DNA of 24,667 nucleotides from NCBI GenBank assembly GCA_001192655.1, contig BBVC01000037.1, positions 1-24,667 on the forward strand, read 5' to 3'. A program made the translations under genes and the position numbers. The notes under the pieces are model-generated. The model had not been told where the DNA came from. It saw nothing but the letters and a program-made list of their open reading frames with translations, and made no database searches. This DNA comes from Caedimonas varicaedens. Lineage in GTDB: Bacteria; Pseudomonadota; Alphaproteobacteria; Caedimonadales; Caedimonadaceae. Numbering within the stretch: position 1 is the first letter of the stretch; each line of letters starts with the position of its first letter. Below are positions 17,561 through 24,667 of this stretch, piece after piece.

Positions 17561-18229
17561 ATGCGTACACTATACTATATTCCTCTTTGTGCCTTTTGTC
17601 GTAAAGTTCGTTTGGTGCTAGGAGAGAAAAAACTTGATGTACGCCTGGAAATTGAACAGGTTTGGCGTCGCCGTGAAGAGTTTCTTGAAATTAATCCCGC
17701 AGGCAAAGTCCCTGTTCTTGTCGATCTCAATCAAAAAATAATTTCCGATAGTTATGCGATTGTAGAATATCTGGATGAAGCCTATCCCGATCCCGCTCTT
17801 TTGGGACATGAAATTTATAGCCGGGCTGAAACACGGCGTCTTATGGCTTGGTTTGATGACAAATTCAATTTGGAAGTCACGAAAACTCTTGTTTTTGAAA
17901 AAGCACTCAAACGATTCTTTATTTCAGAGGGTCCTGATTCCAACGCTTTGAGAGCAGGAAAAGCTTCTCTCGAGTGGCACCTCGATTACATTTGTTGGCT
18001 TGCAGACCGTCGAAACTGGTTAGCAGGAGATGAGTTTACCCTTGCAGATATTGCGGCCGCAGCTCATCTTTCAACTGTAGATTTTATAGGACATGTTCCT
18101 TGGGACAAATTTCCTGAAGCGAAACAATGGTATACGCGTGTAAAATCTCGCCCCAGTTTTAGAACGTTACTGACAGATCAAATGCCAGGTATCTTGCCCT
18201 CTACCCATTATGCTGACCTTGATTTTTAG
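17561..18229 (+). CDS. Glutathione S-transferase family protein
   Basis: The start is set at ATG 17561 (MRTLYYIPLCAFCRKVRL..). It has an N-terminal thioredoxin-like fold with a KVPVLVD..ISDSYAIVEYL motif and a helical C-terminal GST domain, giving 222 aa. Confidence 0.8.
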   Translation: MRTLYYIPLCAFCRKVRLVLGEKKLDVRLEIEQVWRRREEFLEINPAGKVPVLVDLNQKIISDSYAIVEYLDEAYPDPALLGHEIYSRAETRRLMAWFDDKFNLEVTKTLVFEKALKRFFISEGPDSNALRAGKASLEWHLDYICWLADRRNWLAGDEFTLADIAAAAHLSTVDFIGHVPWDKFPEAKQWYTRVKSRPSFRTLLTDQMPGILPSTHYADLDF

Positions 18230-18278
18230 AATTTAATACGACTTAACGACTTATAAACAGTACGATTTTTACCATCAT

Positions 18279-18308
18279 AAAAAAACCGCGCACAAAGCGC
18301 GGTTTTCT
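18279..18308. terminator. Bidirectional rho-independent terminator (A-run / CCGCGC-acaaa-GCGCGG / T-run)
   Basis: A GC-rich 6-bp stem (extendable through the flanking A/T pairs) with a 5-nt loop. A-runs and T-runs flank it, so it reads as stem plus U-tract on both strands. It sits between the convergent GST and OMP genes. Confidence 0.8.
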
Positions 18309-18338
18309 TCGTAGTTGAGGTCGTTTATTATACTTAAA

Positions 18339-19001
18339 CTACCACTTGTAGCTGGCGCGAGCGAAGAAATCGGTCGCTTGTGACTGGAATTTCAGGCTTC
18401 CGCCAGCATTGCTGAGCGTAACCGTACGAGAGTTATAGAAAGTATGTGTTGCTTCTACACCCAAAATCACGTGATCCGTCGCATGGAAAGCTGCACCCAA
18501 TCCTACTGGAATACCTGTACGGCGACCGTTGTTACTGCCTGTATTAGCGGCATCATTGTTAGATGCAGAATACTTGAAGCTGGCTGATTCAACACCGACA
18601 ACACCGTAAACCAAAGCATTACCAAAAACAAACCCTGGGCGCAGTTTGGCACCAAAAGCATTGTTGCGTTCTACTTTACGGTTGCTATCACCAGTCGTAT
18701 GAGTCTCTTTGTTGCCACTGAGGTTACCATAAGCTTCCAATCCCATGTAGAAACGATTTGGGAAATGCTTGCCATAACCTACATGTAAACCACCGACAAC
18801 GCCTGTTCCTGCAAATTTATTTTTTTCAGCAACATCAACAGCAGCAATGTCTGTTGTTCCCTTAACTTCTGTATTGGTTGTTCCTGCACCCAATTGAGCA
18901 CCGAGGTAAAAACCAGAGAAGCTACAATCACCGGCAACAGCGGAAGTTGCCAAAGCACCGACTAGAGCTGTTCCAGCAAGAGCGAGTGTTAATGTTTTCA
19001 T
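18339..19001 (-). CDS. Small outer-membrane beta-barrel protein (OMP_b-brl / Omp25-Omp31-RopB-like porin family)
   Basis: It has a signal peptide (MKTLTLALAGTALVGALATSAVA/GD), alternating amphipathic Gly/aromatic-rich strands and a C-terminal ..ASYKW aromatic terminus, in 220 aa. Confidence 0.8.
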   Translation of the reverse strand: MKTLTLALAGTALVGALATSAVAGDCSFSGFYLGAQLGAGTTNTEVKGTTDIAAVDVAEKNKFAGTGVVGGLHVGYGKHFPNRFYMGLEAYGNLSGNKETHTTGDSNRKVERNNAFGAKLRPGFVFGNALVYGVVGVESASFKYSASNNDAANTGSNNGRRTGIPVGLGAAFHATDHVILGVEATHTFYNSRTVTLSNAGGSLKFQSQATDFFARASYKW

Positions 19002-19245
19002 TTTTTAACCCTTTAAATTAATTGTTAAGTCAAAACTACTTAATATTTATATCTCATGCAAAATTAACAATAATAGTGCTCTTGAGACACTCTCATGATC
19101 ATACATGTTCCTGAAGATATCAAGGTACCCCCGCCAGACAATTGTAAAAATGTCTCAGAGTGTTGCTTATTTGCATCATCTCTATCTTTTATGAAAAGCT
19201 GAAAAGGGCTGGAATTTAAGAGTGTGCACTATATCAATCATATAG

Positions 19246-19908
19246 CTAGGCACGCAGGCTGGTCTTTTTACCTTGAGCCTTTGTCACGAGATAATTATCA
19301 ACATGACGGACCAGGATATCAAGTTTATTTGTAAAAAAATGATCTGCTCCTTCAATAATTTTCTTCTCTACAACAATATTTTTCTGTAAGGACAATTTTT
19401 GTACCAACTCATCCACAGAAAGTTTTGTGACGATTTGGTCTGCATCCCCCTGCACAATTAAACCTGATACAGGACACGGTGCAAGAAAGCTAAAGTCATA
19501 CATATTGGCGGGTGGACTAATGGAAATAAAGCCATCCAGTTCAGGTCGACGCATCAGAAGCTGCATCCCGATCCAGGCCCCAAAAGAAAAACCCGCAACC
19601 CAACATTGGGACGCATTGGGATTGTAGACTTGCATCCAGTCAAGAACCGACGCTGCATCGCTCAATTCACCCTCTCCATGACTGAAACGACCTTCAGATT
19701 TTTCTACACCCCGAAAGTTAAAACGCAGAGTATTGAATCCCCGATTAACAAAGGTCCGGAAAAGGGCATAAGTGACCTTATTATTCATCGTCCCCCCCTG
19801 CTCTGGATGAGGATGAAGAATGAGAGCTGTCGGCGCATAGGGGTTTGAACCATGATGATAGCGGGCCTCGATACGACCCTCTGCTCCATTAATAATCACT
19901 TCAGGCAT
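19246..19908 (-). CDS. Alpha/beta-fold hydrolase (COG2945-like)
   Basis: It has the nucleophile elbow GFSFG, GDADQIV (Asp) and GADHFF (His). The N-terminus GxEGRIEARYH..ILHPHPxxGGTMNNKV is typical of this conserved small hydrolase family. An AAGGAG SD is present. Confidence 0.8.
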   Translation of the reverse strand: MPEVIINGAEGRIEARYHHGSNPYAPTALILHPHPEQGGTMNNKVTYALFRTFVNRGFNTLRFNFRGVEKSEGRFSHGEGELSDAASVLDWMQVYNPNASQCWVAGFSFGAWIGMQLLMRRPELDGFISISPPANMYDFSFLAPCPVSGLIVQGDADQIVTKLSVDELVQKLSLQKNIVVEKKIIEGADHFFTNKLDILVRHVDNYLVTKAQGKKTSLRA

Positions 19909-20006
19909 AAAGAAGGACTCCTTCTATAATAAAAAAACTCATTCTGTACGTAGTAATACCATTCCCGTTACTTCTGTCAATCTTTGTGTGTATTTTAGCG
20001 ACAATC

Positions 20007-22202
20007 TTACGCAATAAACTTATCCTGCATTTTTAAATCCGTCTCCTGGTCCAAAGTTGCTCTCTGGTCGAGCGTTTCTTTCACTTTTGCTGCAAGACGT
20101 TTCAAACTGAACGGCTTTGCAAGAAAATGAATATTTTGCTCTTGATCCAATTGGCGGCGAAAAGAATCCTCAGCATACCCCGACATATAAATGACTTTCA
20201 GATCAGGCAGAATTTCATGAGCCTTTTTAACAAGCATGGGACCATCCATTTGCGGCATAACGACATCTGTAATCAATAAATCAAGCTTCTCATCCCCCTG
20301 TTCTTTCAGGGATTTTATAAACAACAGCGCTTCTTCCCCACAATTTGCTTCAATAACATGATAACCCTTATCTCTCAATGCTCGCGTAGAAAAAAGCCTG
20401 ACAGCATCCTCATCTTCAACCAGCAAGATCGTTCCTTGTCCTGTTAGATCGCGAATTTCAGTTTGAACGTTCTCGCGATCAGGATCGCTAATGAATTCCT
20501 TGCCCTGATATTTCGGAAGATAAATACTGAATTTACTTCCTTTTTCAGGCTCAGATTCGACAATGACATGACCGCCTGTCTGCTTGACGATCCCATAAAC
20601 CGTAGACAACCCTAATCCCGTGCCAGAGCCCATTTCTTTGGTTGAAAAGAAAGGATCAAAAATTTTGGGAAGGTATTCTTGGGAAATGCCGTGTCCTGTA
20701 TCCATAACATCGATAAGCACATAAGCGCCAGGCGCAATAATTTCATGCCCCAGATGATAAGGAAATTTAATAACTTTATTACTTGTTTTTATTGTAATTT
20801 CTCCCTGTTCTTTCATCGCATCCCGAGCATTAACAACCAAATTGATAATAACCTGCTCAAACTGCCCCTGATCTACCTTGACCAACCCCAAGTCACGACC
20901 GTAAAGCATTTTGAGCTTAACAGAAGGTCCCACTAATCGTTGTAAAAGAAATGTAAGGTTCGCCAGGGCATCAATAATATCTAACACCTTTGGTTGTAAA
21001 GTTTGCTGACGGGAAAATGCCAGTAATTGACGCACTAAATTTGCAGCGCGGTTCGCATTTTGCTTGATCTGCATAATGTCTGTGAAAGACTGGTCACCTG
21101 GCGAATGACGCAATAAAATTAAATCGCAAAATCCAATCATGGCTGTTAGAAGATTATTAAAATCATGGGCAATTCCGCCCGCTAATTGTCCCATGGCCTG
21201 CAGCTTTTTCGACTGCATTAAATGTAATTGAATTTGTTCCTGTTCGCTATTATCGAAAATATAGAGAGCAGCTCCGCGCATGGACTGACTTTCTCCCTCT
21301 CTCTTCTTGTAATTCAGTGATCCCATATAAGCAATGACAGGTGTTTCAGAGGTGGCAAGAAATTTAAATTCAACGGTTTGGACAGTTTTCTCACTTGCTA
21401 AAAAACTTTGTAAAGTTTGGACAAAAGATCCTCGATGATCTGGATCTATAAGATCAATGAATGGTGTTCCATGTTCCAGTTTCTGATCCTTTAAAAAATT
21501 TTTGAGAAAAGTGGAATTATAAACACGCACACATCCCTGGGTATCCAGAAATACTATGCCGGGGGGAGCAAGATCAAATATTTCACGAATCTGGAATTGT
21601 TTTAAAAAATCATTTTGCTGATAAATAGATTCAAGAAGCTTCTGATATTTAGTGCTGCTTTCATCTATGAGCCACAACCATTTTTCGCTATTTTTCAGGG
21701 AAAAACGCCTTAAAACACAATGAATTTTCTGATCATTTTCATGATATACAACAAAATCTAGAATTTCATTTTCCCCCTCTTCTTCCAGGGAAAAGGGTTC
21801 CTTTAAAAAGTAATCTTTCATCAGTTCAGGAAGAGAACAATTATTTGCTTTAGGAAAAAATTTTAAAAATGACGCATGTACAAATAAAGGCACACCCTTA
21901 CGAGAACTCACCATATAGGGGATTTGCGTATCATCAATGGTAAAAGAAGAAAGATTATGATTTAACACCCGATAACCCATCACAAGAAGCCCCAGGCAAA
22001 AGAGTAAAAAACCAGGAGTCATGATGCGCATCAGCGGATCTTCGTATTGCGCAATAATTACAATACCAAGAGCAAATACCATGCCTCCCATAAAATAAAG
22101 AAATTTATTAAAGGTATTTTTTTGATAGCGCCATCGAGTGAAAGTTCGTATCATTTTAGTTAACAGTATTATTTTATTTTGATTTTTATATAGAGAGAAC
22201 AT
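20007..22202 (-). CDS. cckA: Hybrid sensor histidine kinase/response regulator, CckA-like (2 TM, PAS, HisKA, HATPase_c, REC)
   Basis: It carries the H-box LAGGIAHDFNNLLTAMIGF, N-box INLVVNARDAM, G1 DTGHGI, F-box FDPFFSTK and G2 GSGTGLGLS. The REC domain shows LLVEDEDAVR, DLLITDVVMPQMDGP and KPFS. This architecture and the H-box context match alphaproteobacterial CckA. The start is ambiguous, with candidates at ATG 22202 and ATG 22154. Confidence 0.75.
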   Translation of the reverse strand: MFSLYKNQNKIILLTKMIRTFTRWRYQKNTFNKFLYFMGGMVFALGIVIIAQYEDPLMRIMTPGFLLFCLGLLVMGYRVLNHNLSSFTIDDTQIPYMVSSRKGVPLFVHASFLKFFPKANNCSLPELMKDYFLKEPFSLEEEGENEILDFVVYHENDQKIHCVLRRFSLKNSEKWLWLIDESSTKYQKLLESIYQQNDFLKQFQIREIFDLAPPGIVFLDTQGCVRVYNSTFLKNFLKDQKLEHGTPFIDLIDPDHRGSFVQTLQSFLASEKTVQTVEFKFLATSETPVIAYMGSLNYKKREGESQSMRGAALYIFDNSEQEQIQLHLMQSKKLQAMGQLAGGIAHDFNNLLTAMIGFCDLILLRHSPGDQSFTDIMQIKQNANRAANLVRQLLAFSRQQTLQPKVLDIIDALANLTFLLQRLVGPSVKLKMLYGRDLGLVKVDQGQFEQVIINLVVNARDAMKEQGEITIKTSNKVIKFPYHLGHEIIAPGAYVLIDVMDTGHGISQEYLPKIFDPFFSTKEMGSGTGLGLSTVYGIVKQTGGHVIVESEPEKGSKFSIYLPKYQGKEFISDPDRENVQTEIRDLTGQGTILLVEDEDAVRLFSTRALRDKGYHVIEANCGEEALLFIKSLKEQGDEKLDLLITDVVMPQMDGPMLVKKAHEILPDLKVIYMSGYAEDSFRRQLDQEQNIHFLAKPFSLKRLAAKVKETLDQRATLDQETDLKMQDKFIA

Positions 22203-22292
22203 AGAATTACTCTCATTTTTAGAATTCCTTATCCTTTAATTTATCAGATGAATGCCCCTTTTGAAGATTTATTTTTTAACGAGAAATAAAAT

Positions 22293-22994
22293 ATGAAAAA
22301 ACTTTCAGGAAAATTGGCTTTAATTACAGGAGCAACGCGCGGTATAGGTGCAGCCGTTGCAGAACGCTATGCACAGGAAGGTGCAGATCTTATTCTGGTT
22401 GGGCGATCTTATGAAGATCTGGAAAAGATGGACGATCGACTGGCTACCTATAATGTTTCTGTTACCCTAACCCCTCTTGACTTGCGTCAATTTGCAAGCA
22501 TTGATGAGATGGCGCATAAAATTCTCAACCGTTTTGGAAAACTGGATGTTTTAGTTGGAAATGCTGCCATTTTAGGTCTTTTAACACCTATCGTACAACT
22601 TCCTGCCGATACATGGCATGAAGTTTGGGAAATAAACTTTTTTGCAAATTGGTATCTTTTAAAGGCTTTTGAACCTCTTTTGCAGCGTTCTGAAGCGGGA
22701 CGAGGAGTTTTCGTAACGACAAGTGTTACAAAAGGGGTTCATCCTTTCTGGTCTGCTTACAGCCTATCAAAAAAAGCTCTTGAAGAAATGATTTTGCTCC
22801 ACGTTGCTGAAAATACCAGCTCTTCCGTTAAAATCAACCTGATTGACCCGGGTGAAGCCAGAACAGACATGCACGCGCAAGCCATGCCTGGTGTGGACCC
22901 CTTAACGCTTCCTACTCCCTCTGAAATTACAGATCTCTTTGTGCAACTTGCTTCAGATCAGCTCAGTGAGAGTGGAAGAAAATTTTATGTATAG
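22293..22994 (+). CDS. Short-chain dehydrogenase/reductase (classical SDR, YciK-like)
   Basis: It has TGATRGIGAA (TGxxxGxG), GNAAI and YSLSK (YxxxK), in 233 aa. Confidence 0.85.
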   Translation: MKKLSGKLALITGATRGIGAAVAERYAQEGADLILVGRSYEDLEKMDDRLATYNVSVTLTPLDLRQFASIDEMAHKILNRFGKLDVLVGNAAILGLLTPIVQLPADTWHEVWEINFFANWYLLKAFEPLLQRSEAGRGVFVTTSVTKGVHPFWSAYSLSKKALEEMILLHVAENTSSSVKINLIDPGEARTDMHAQAMPGVDPLTLPTPSEITDLFVQLASDQLSESGRKFYV

Positions 22995-23136
22995 AGGAAG
23001 GTTTCTTCAAATTTAGTTTGTAATTCTTACGCATCTTTTTATAAGGCAAACATACTTTCAACAGCCCACTTATCGGGGAAGGATTTTATGAGGATTACAG
23101 AGTCATTAAATTCAAGAATTTTTCTGTAAAATTACC

Positions 23137-24255
23137 TTATTTTTTGTTTGTATATTTTTCGGCATGTTTAGCGTTAAGGTCATTAATGACATTTTTCATA
23201 TCACCTTTTTCAACATAATCCCCTGAAATGATATTAGGATGTTTGGCGTCTGGCTGCACGGCATGGCATTTCTCAATGCGTTTCAGTATTTCTTCTTTGC
23301 TATTGACTTTCGCATAATCAGACTGCTGAACAATGCCGGTGTTTTTTATTTTATTTATCATCTTAAGCCCTTTACCCAAGATACTATCATGGGGGATAGA
23401 AGCTTCTGGGCCTACTCCCATATGGAAAAGACCTGCAGGTGTATGGTCATCAGCCATTCCACAATTTTCTATTTTGGCAGTTTCCCAATGTGTTGATCGA
23501 AAAAATGAATGCAGGGGATTAAGGTAAGATGAACCTTCCACATCTTGCATGTTTGTCGTAAAGATAATAACTCTTTTTTGTTGTTTTCGCAAATCCCCTA
23601 AAGTTGGCCAAGATGCGTTTTGTGTACTCTGACTCGCCGTAAGTTTATAGGCAAAACGTGCCAGTCCACTTTTTTCCAGATCAGCTTGTAAAATTTGACG
23701 AGCATCTGCATCTGAATATTGAGCTGCTCCATTGGTTTTAGATCGTTGATTTGTATAACTCTCCAAAATAAGTATAAATACTTCCTTAGGATTTTCACTC
23801 ATGAGTTTGGCAAGACGTGTAAAAAACTGCAAGGAATCCTGAGGAGGTTTCCCAGCTCTTTGAAGCACCGTCAATCTGCAGTTGTTGTTAGCAGGAAATT
23901 CATGACAGAGCGCCAGATAAGGTTTCGCAGGTTCAATTTTTCCTTTTACTATCCCTTTTAGTATACTTAGTCCTTTTTTTGCTAAACCTACAGGATGTAC
24001 AGGATCTTCTGGCTGATACCAATGAAGAGGAATTTTGGCGGATCTTACTCCTGCTTTCCATAATCCTTCAAGATCTTGCGACTGCTGAGCATAGACCCAT
24101 CCTTCAGCAGACGACATCGCGGCGTTATGAGCCCCTACAAACATGACTTCGTTCGCAGGCATGTTATCTGGAAGATTCCCATTACTTGCTTTCAATGCAT
24201 GAGGAGTATTTATTTGAAGAGCACCCAATAAAATAATTAAATTAAATAATCTCAT
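23137..24255 (-). CDS. Secreted PLC-like phosphodiesterase, PI-PLC X-domain family (At5g67130-like subfamily)
   Basis: A Sec-type signal peptide (MRLFNLIILLGALQINTPHA/LK) and an AGGA SD are present. An X-domain pattern runs the full length: FVGAHNA (first catalytic His), QxQDLEGLWKAGVRSAKIPLHW, LALCHE (second His), NPKEVFILILESY, ASWPTLGDLRKQQKRVIIFT and C-terminal PNIISGDYVEKGD..VINDLN. The assignment is from motif reading only. Confidence 0.6.
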   Translation of the reverse strand: MRLFNLIILLGALQINTPHALKASNGNLPDNMPANEVMFVGAHNAAMSSAEGWVYAQQSQDLEGLWKAGVRSAKIPLHWYQPEDPVHPVGLAKKGLSILKGIVKGKIEPAKPYLALCHEFPANNNCRLTVLQRAGKPPQDSLQFFTRLAKLMSENPKEVFILILESYTNQRSKTNGAAQYSDADARQILQADLEKSGLARFAYKLTASQSTQNASWPTLGDLRKQQKRVIIFTTNMQDVEGSSYLNPLHSFFRSTHWETAKIENCGMADDHTPAGLFHMGVGPEASIPHDSILGKGLKMINKIKNTGIVQQSDYAKVNSKEEILKRIEKCHAVQPDAKHPNIISGDYVEKGDMKNVINDLNAKHAEKYTNKK

Positions 24256-24574
24256 AATATAATTCCTGATATCATCATATATAAGTTAATAATATATTTA
24301 AATAGTTAATTTATATATAAATATTTTATTTTATACATAATCGGTTGTTTATATGGAATGAATAGTAATTAATTAAATATCTCAATTTTCTACTCTTTTT
24401 CATTGGTGAGTCATATAGGAAATTTAGTTTAGCCTTTCTCACCCATTTTTTATAAGCTAAACATAATTCCAACAGTGCGATGTCGAGATGAACTTACCTA
24501 TTCTGAACTTTTCCATTTCCAGATTTTATGTTTAGATGCAAAAAGAAAAATTGAAAATAAAACGGGAGGAATTT

Positions 24575-24667
24575 ATGAGAGGTCGTATCGCCCTGATTAC
24601 GGGAGGAACACGCGGTATCGGTGCGAGTATTGCCATTGAATTGAAAAAAGCCGGATATAGTGTAGGT
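24575..24667 (+). CDS. SDR, acetoacetyl-CoA reductase (PhbB)/FabG-like, 5' fragment (continues beyond window)
   Basis: A GGGAGGA SD lies 4 nt upstream of the ATG. The translation MRGRIALITGGTRGIGASIAIELKKAGYSVG matches the N-terminal Rossmann motif of PhbB/FabG-type reductases. Only 31 codons are visible. Confidence 0.7.
   Translation, partial: MRGRIALITGGTRGIGASIAIELKKAGYSVG

Overview
This 24.7-kb window looks like an AT-rich alphaproteobacterial chromosome segment, probably from a reduced-genome or host-associated lineage. That placement is an inference from gene content, namely a CckA-type kinase, an Omp25/Omp31-like porin and the lptF-lptG-lptD / surA-rsmA neighbourhood. It is densely packed with intact housekeeping genes. 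In order these are: a 5'-truncated rluB-like gene, a CPA2 K+/H+ antiporter, a long AT-rich spacer, a thioredoxin-like [2Fe-2S] ferredoxin, kdsB, tRNA-Ala(GGC), a short IS3-type transposase remnant, a DevCAB/MacAB-like tripartite ABC exporter and sodB. These are followed by lptD-lptG-lptF on the minus strand, divergent from surA-rsmA, then tsaC/sua5, mutT, uppP, a GST and a small beta-barrel OMP. The window ends with a COG2945 alpha/beta hydrolase, a CckA-like hybrid kinase, an SDR, a secreted PI-PLC-X-domain-like phosphodiesterase and the 5' end of a PhbB/FabG-like SDR. Several ORF-track entries are over-extended at the 5' end, and I re-set their starts using SD sequences, signal peptides and family N-termini. 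I found no CRISPR array, no intact mobile element and no recognisable defence or toxin cluster. I do not see a convincing novel multi-gene system here, and most of the window is ordinary core genome. Four items are most worth a second look. (i) The eukaryote-type (At5g67130-like) secreted PLC-like phosphodiesterase sits between two SDR genes next to an extremely AT-rich spacer. (ii) A 660-bp AT-rich spacer carries a tandem pair of DnaA boxes and could be an oriC or a DnaA-regulated region. (iii) The tRNA / IS-scar / ABC-exporter junction. (iv) The rearranged, pdxA-less lpt-surA-rsmA cluster. All homology statements come from reading motifs by eye, and no database search was run.
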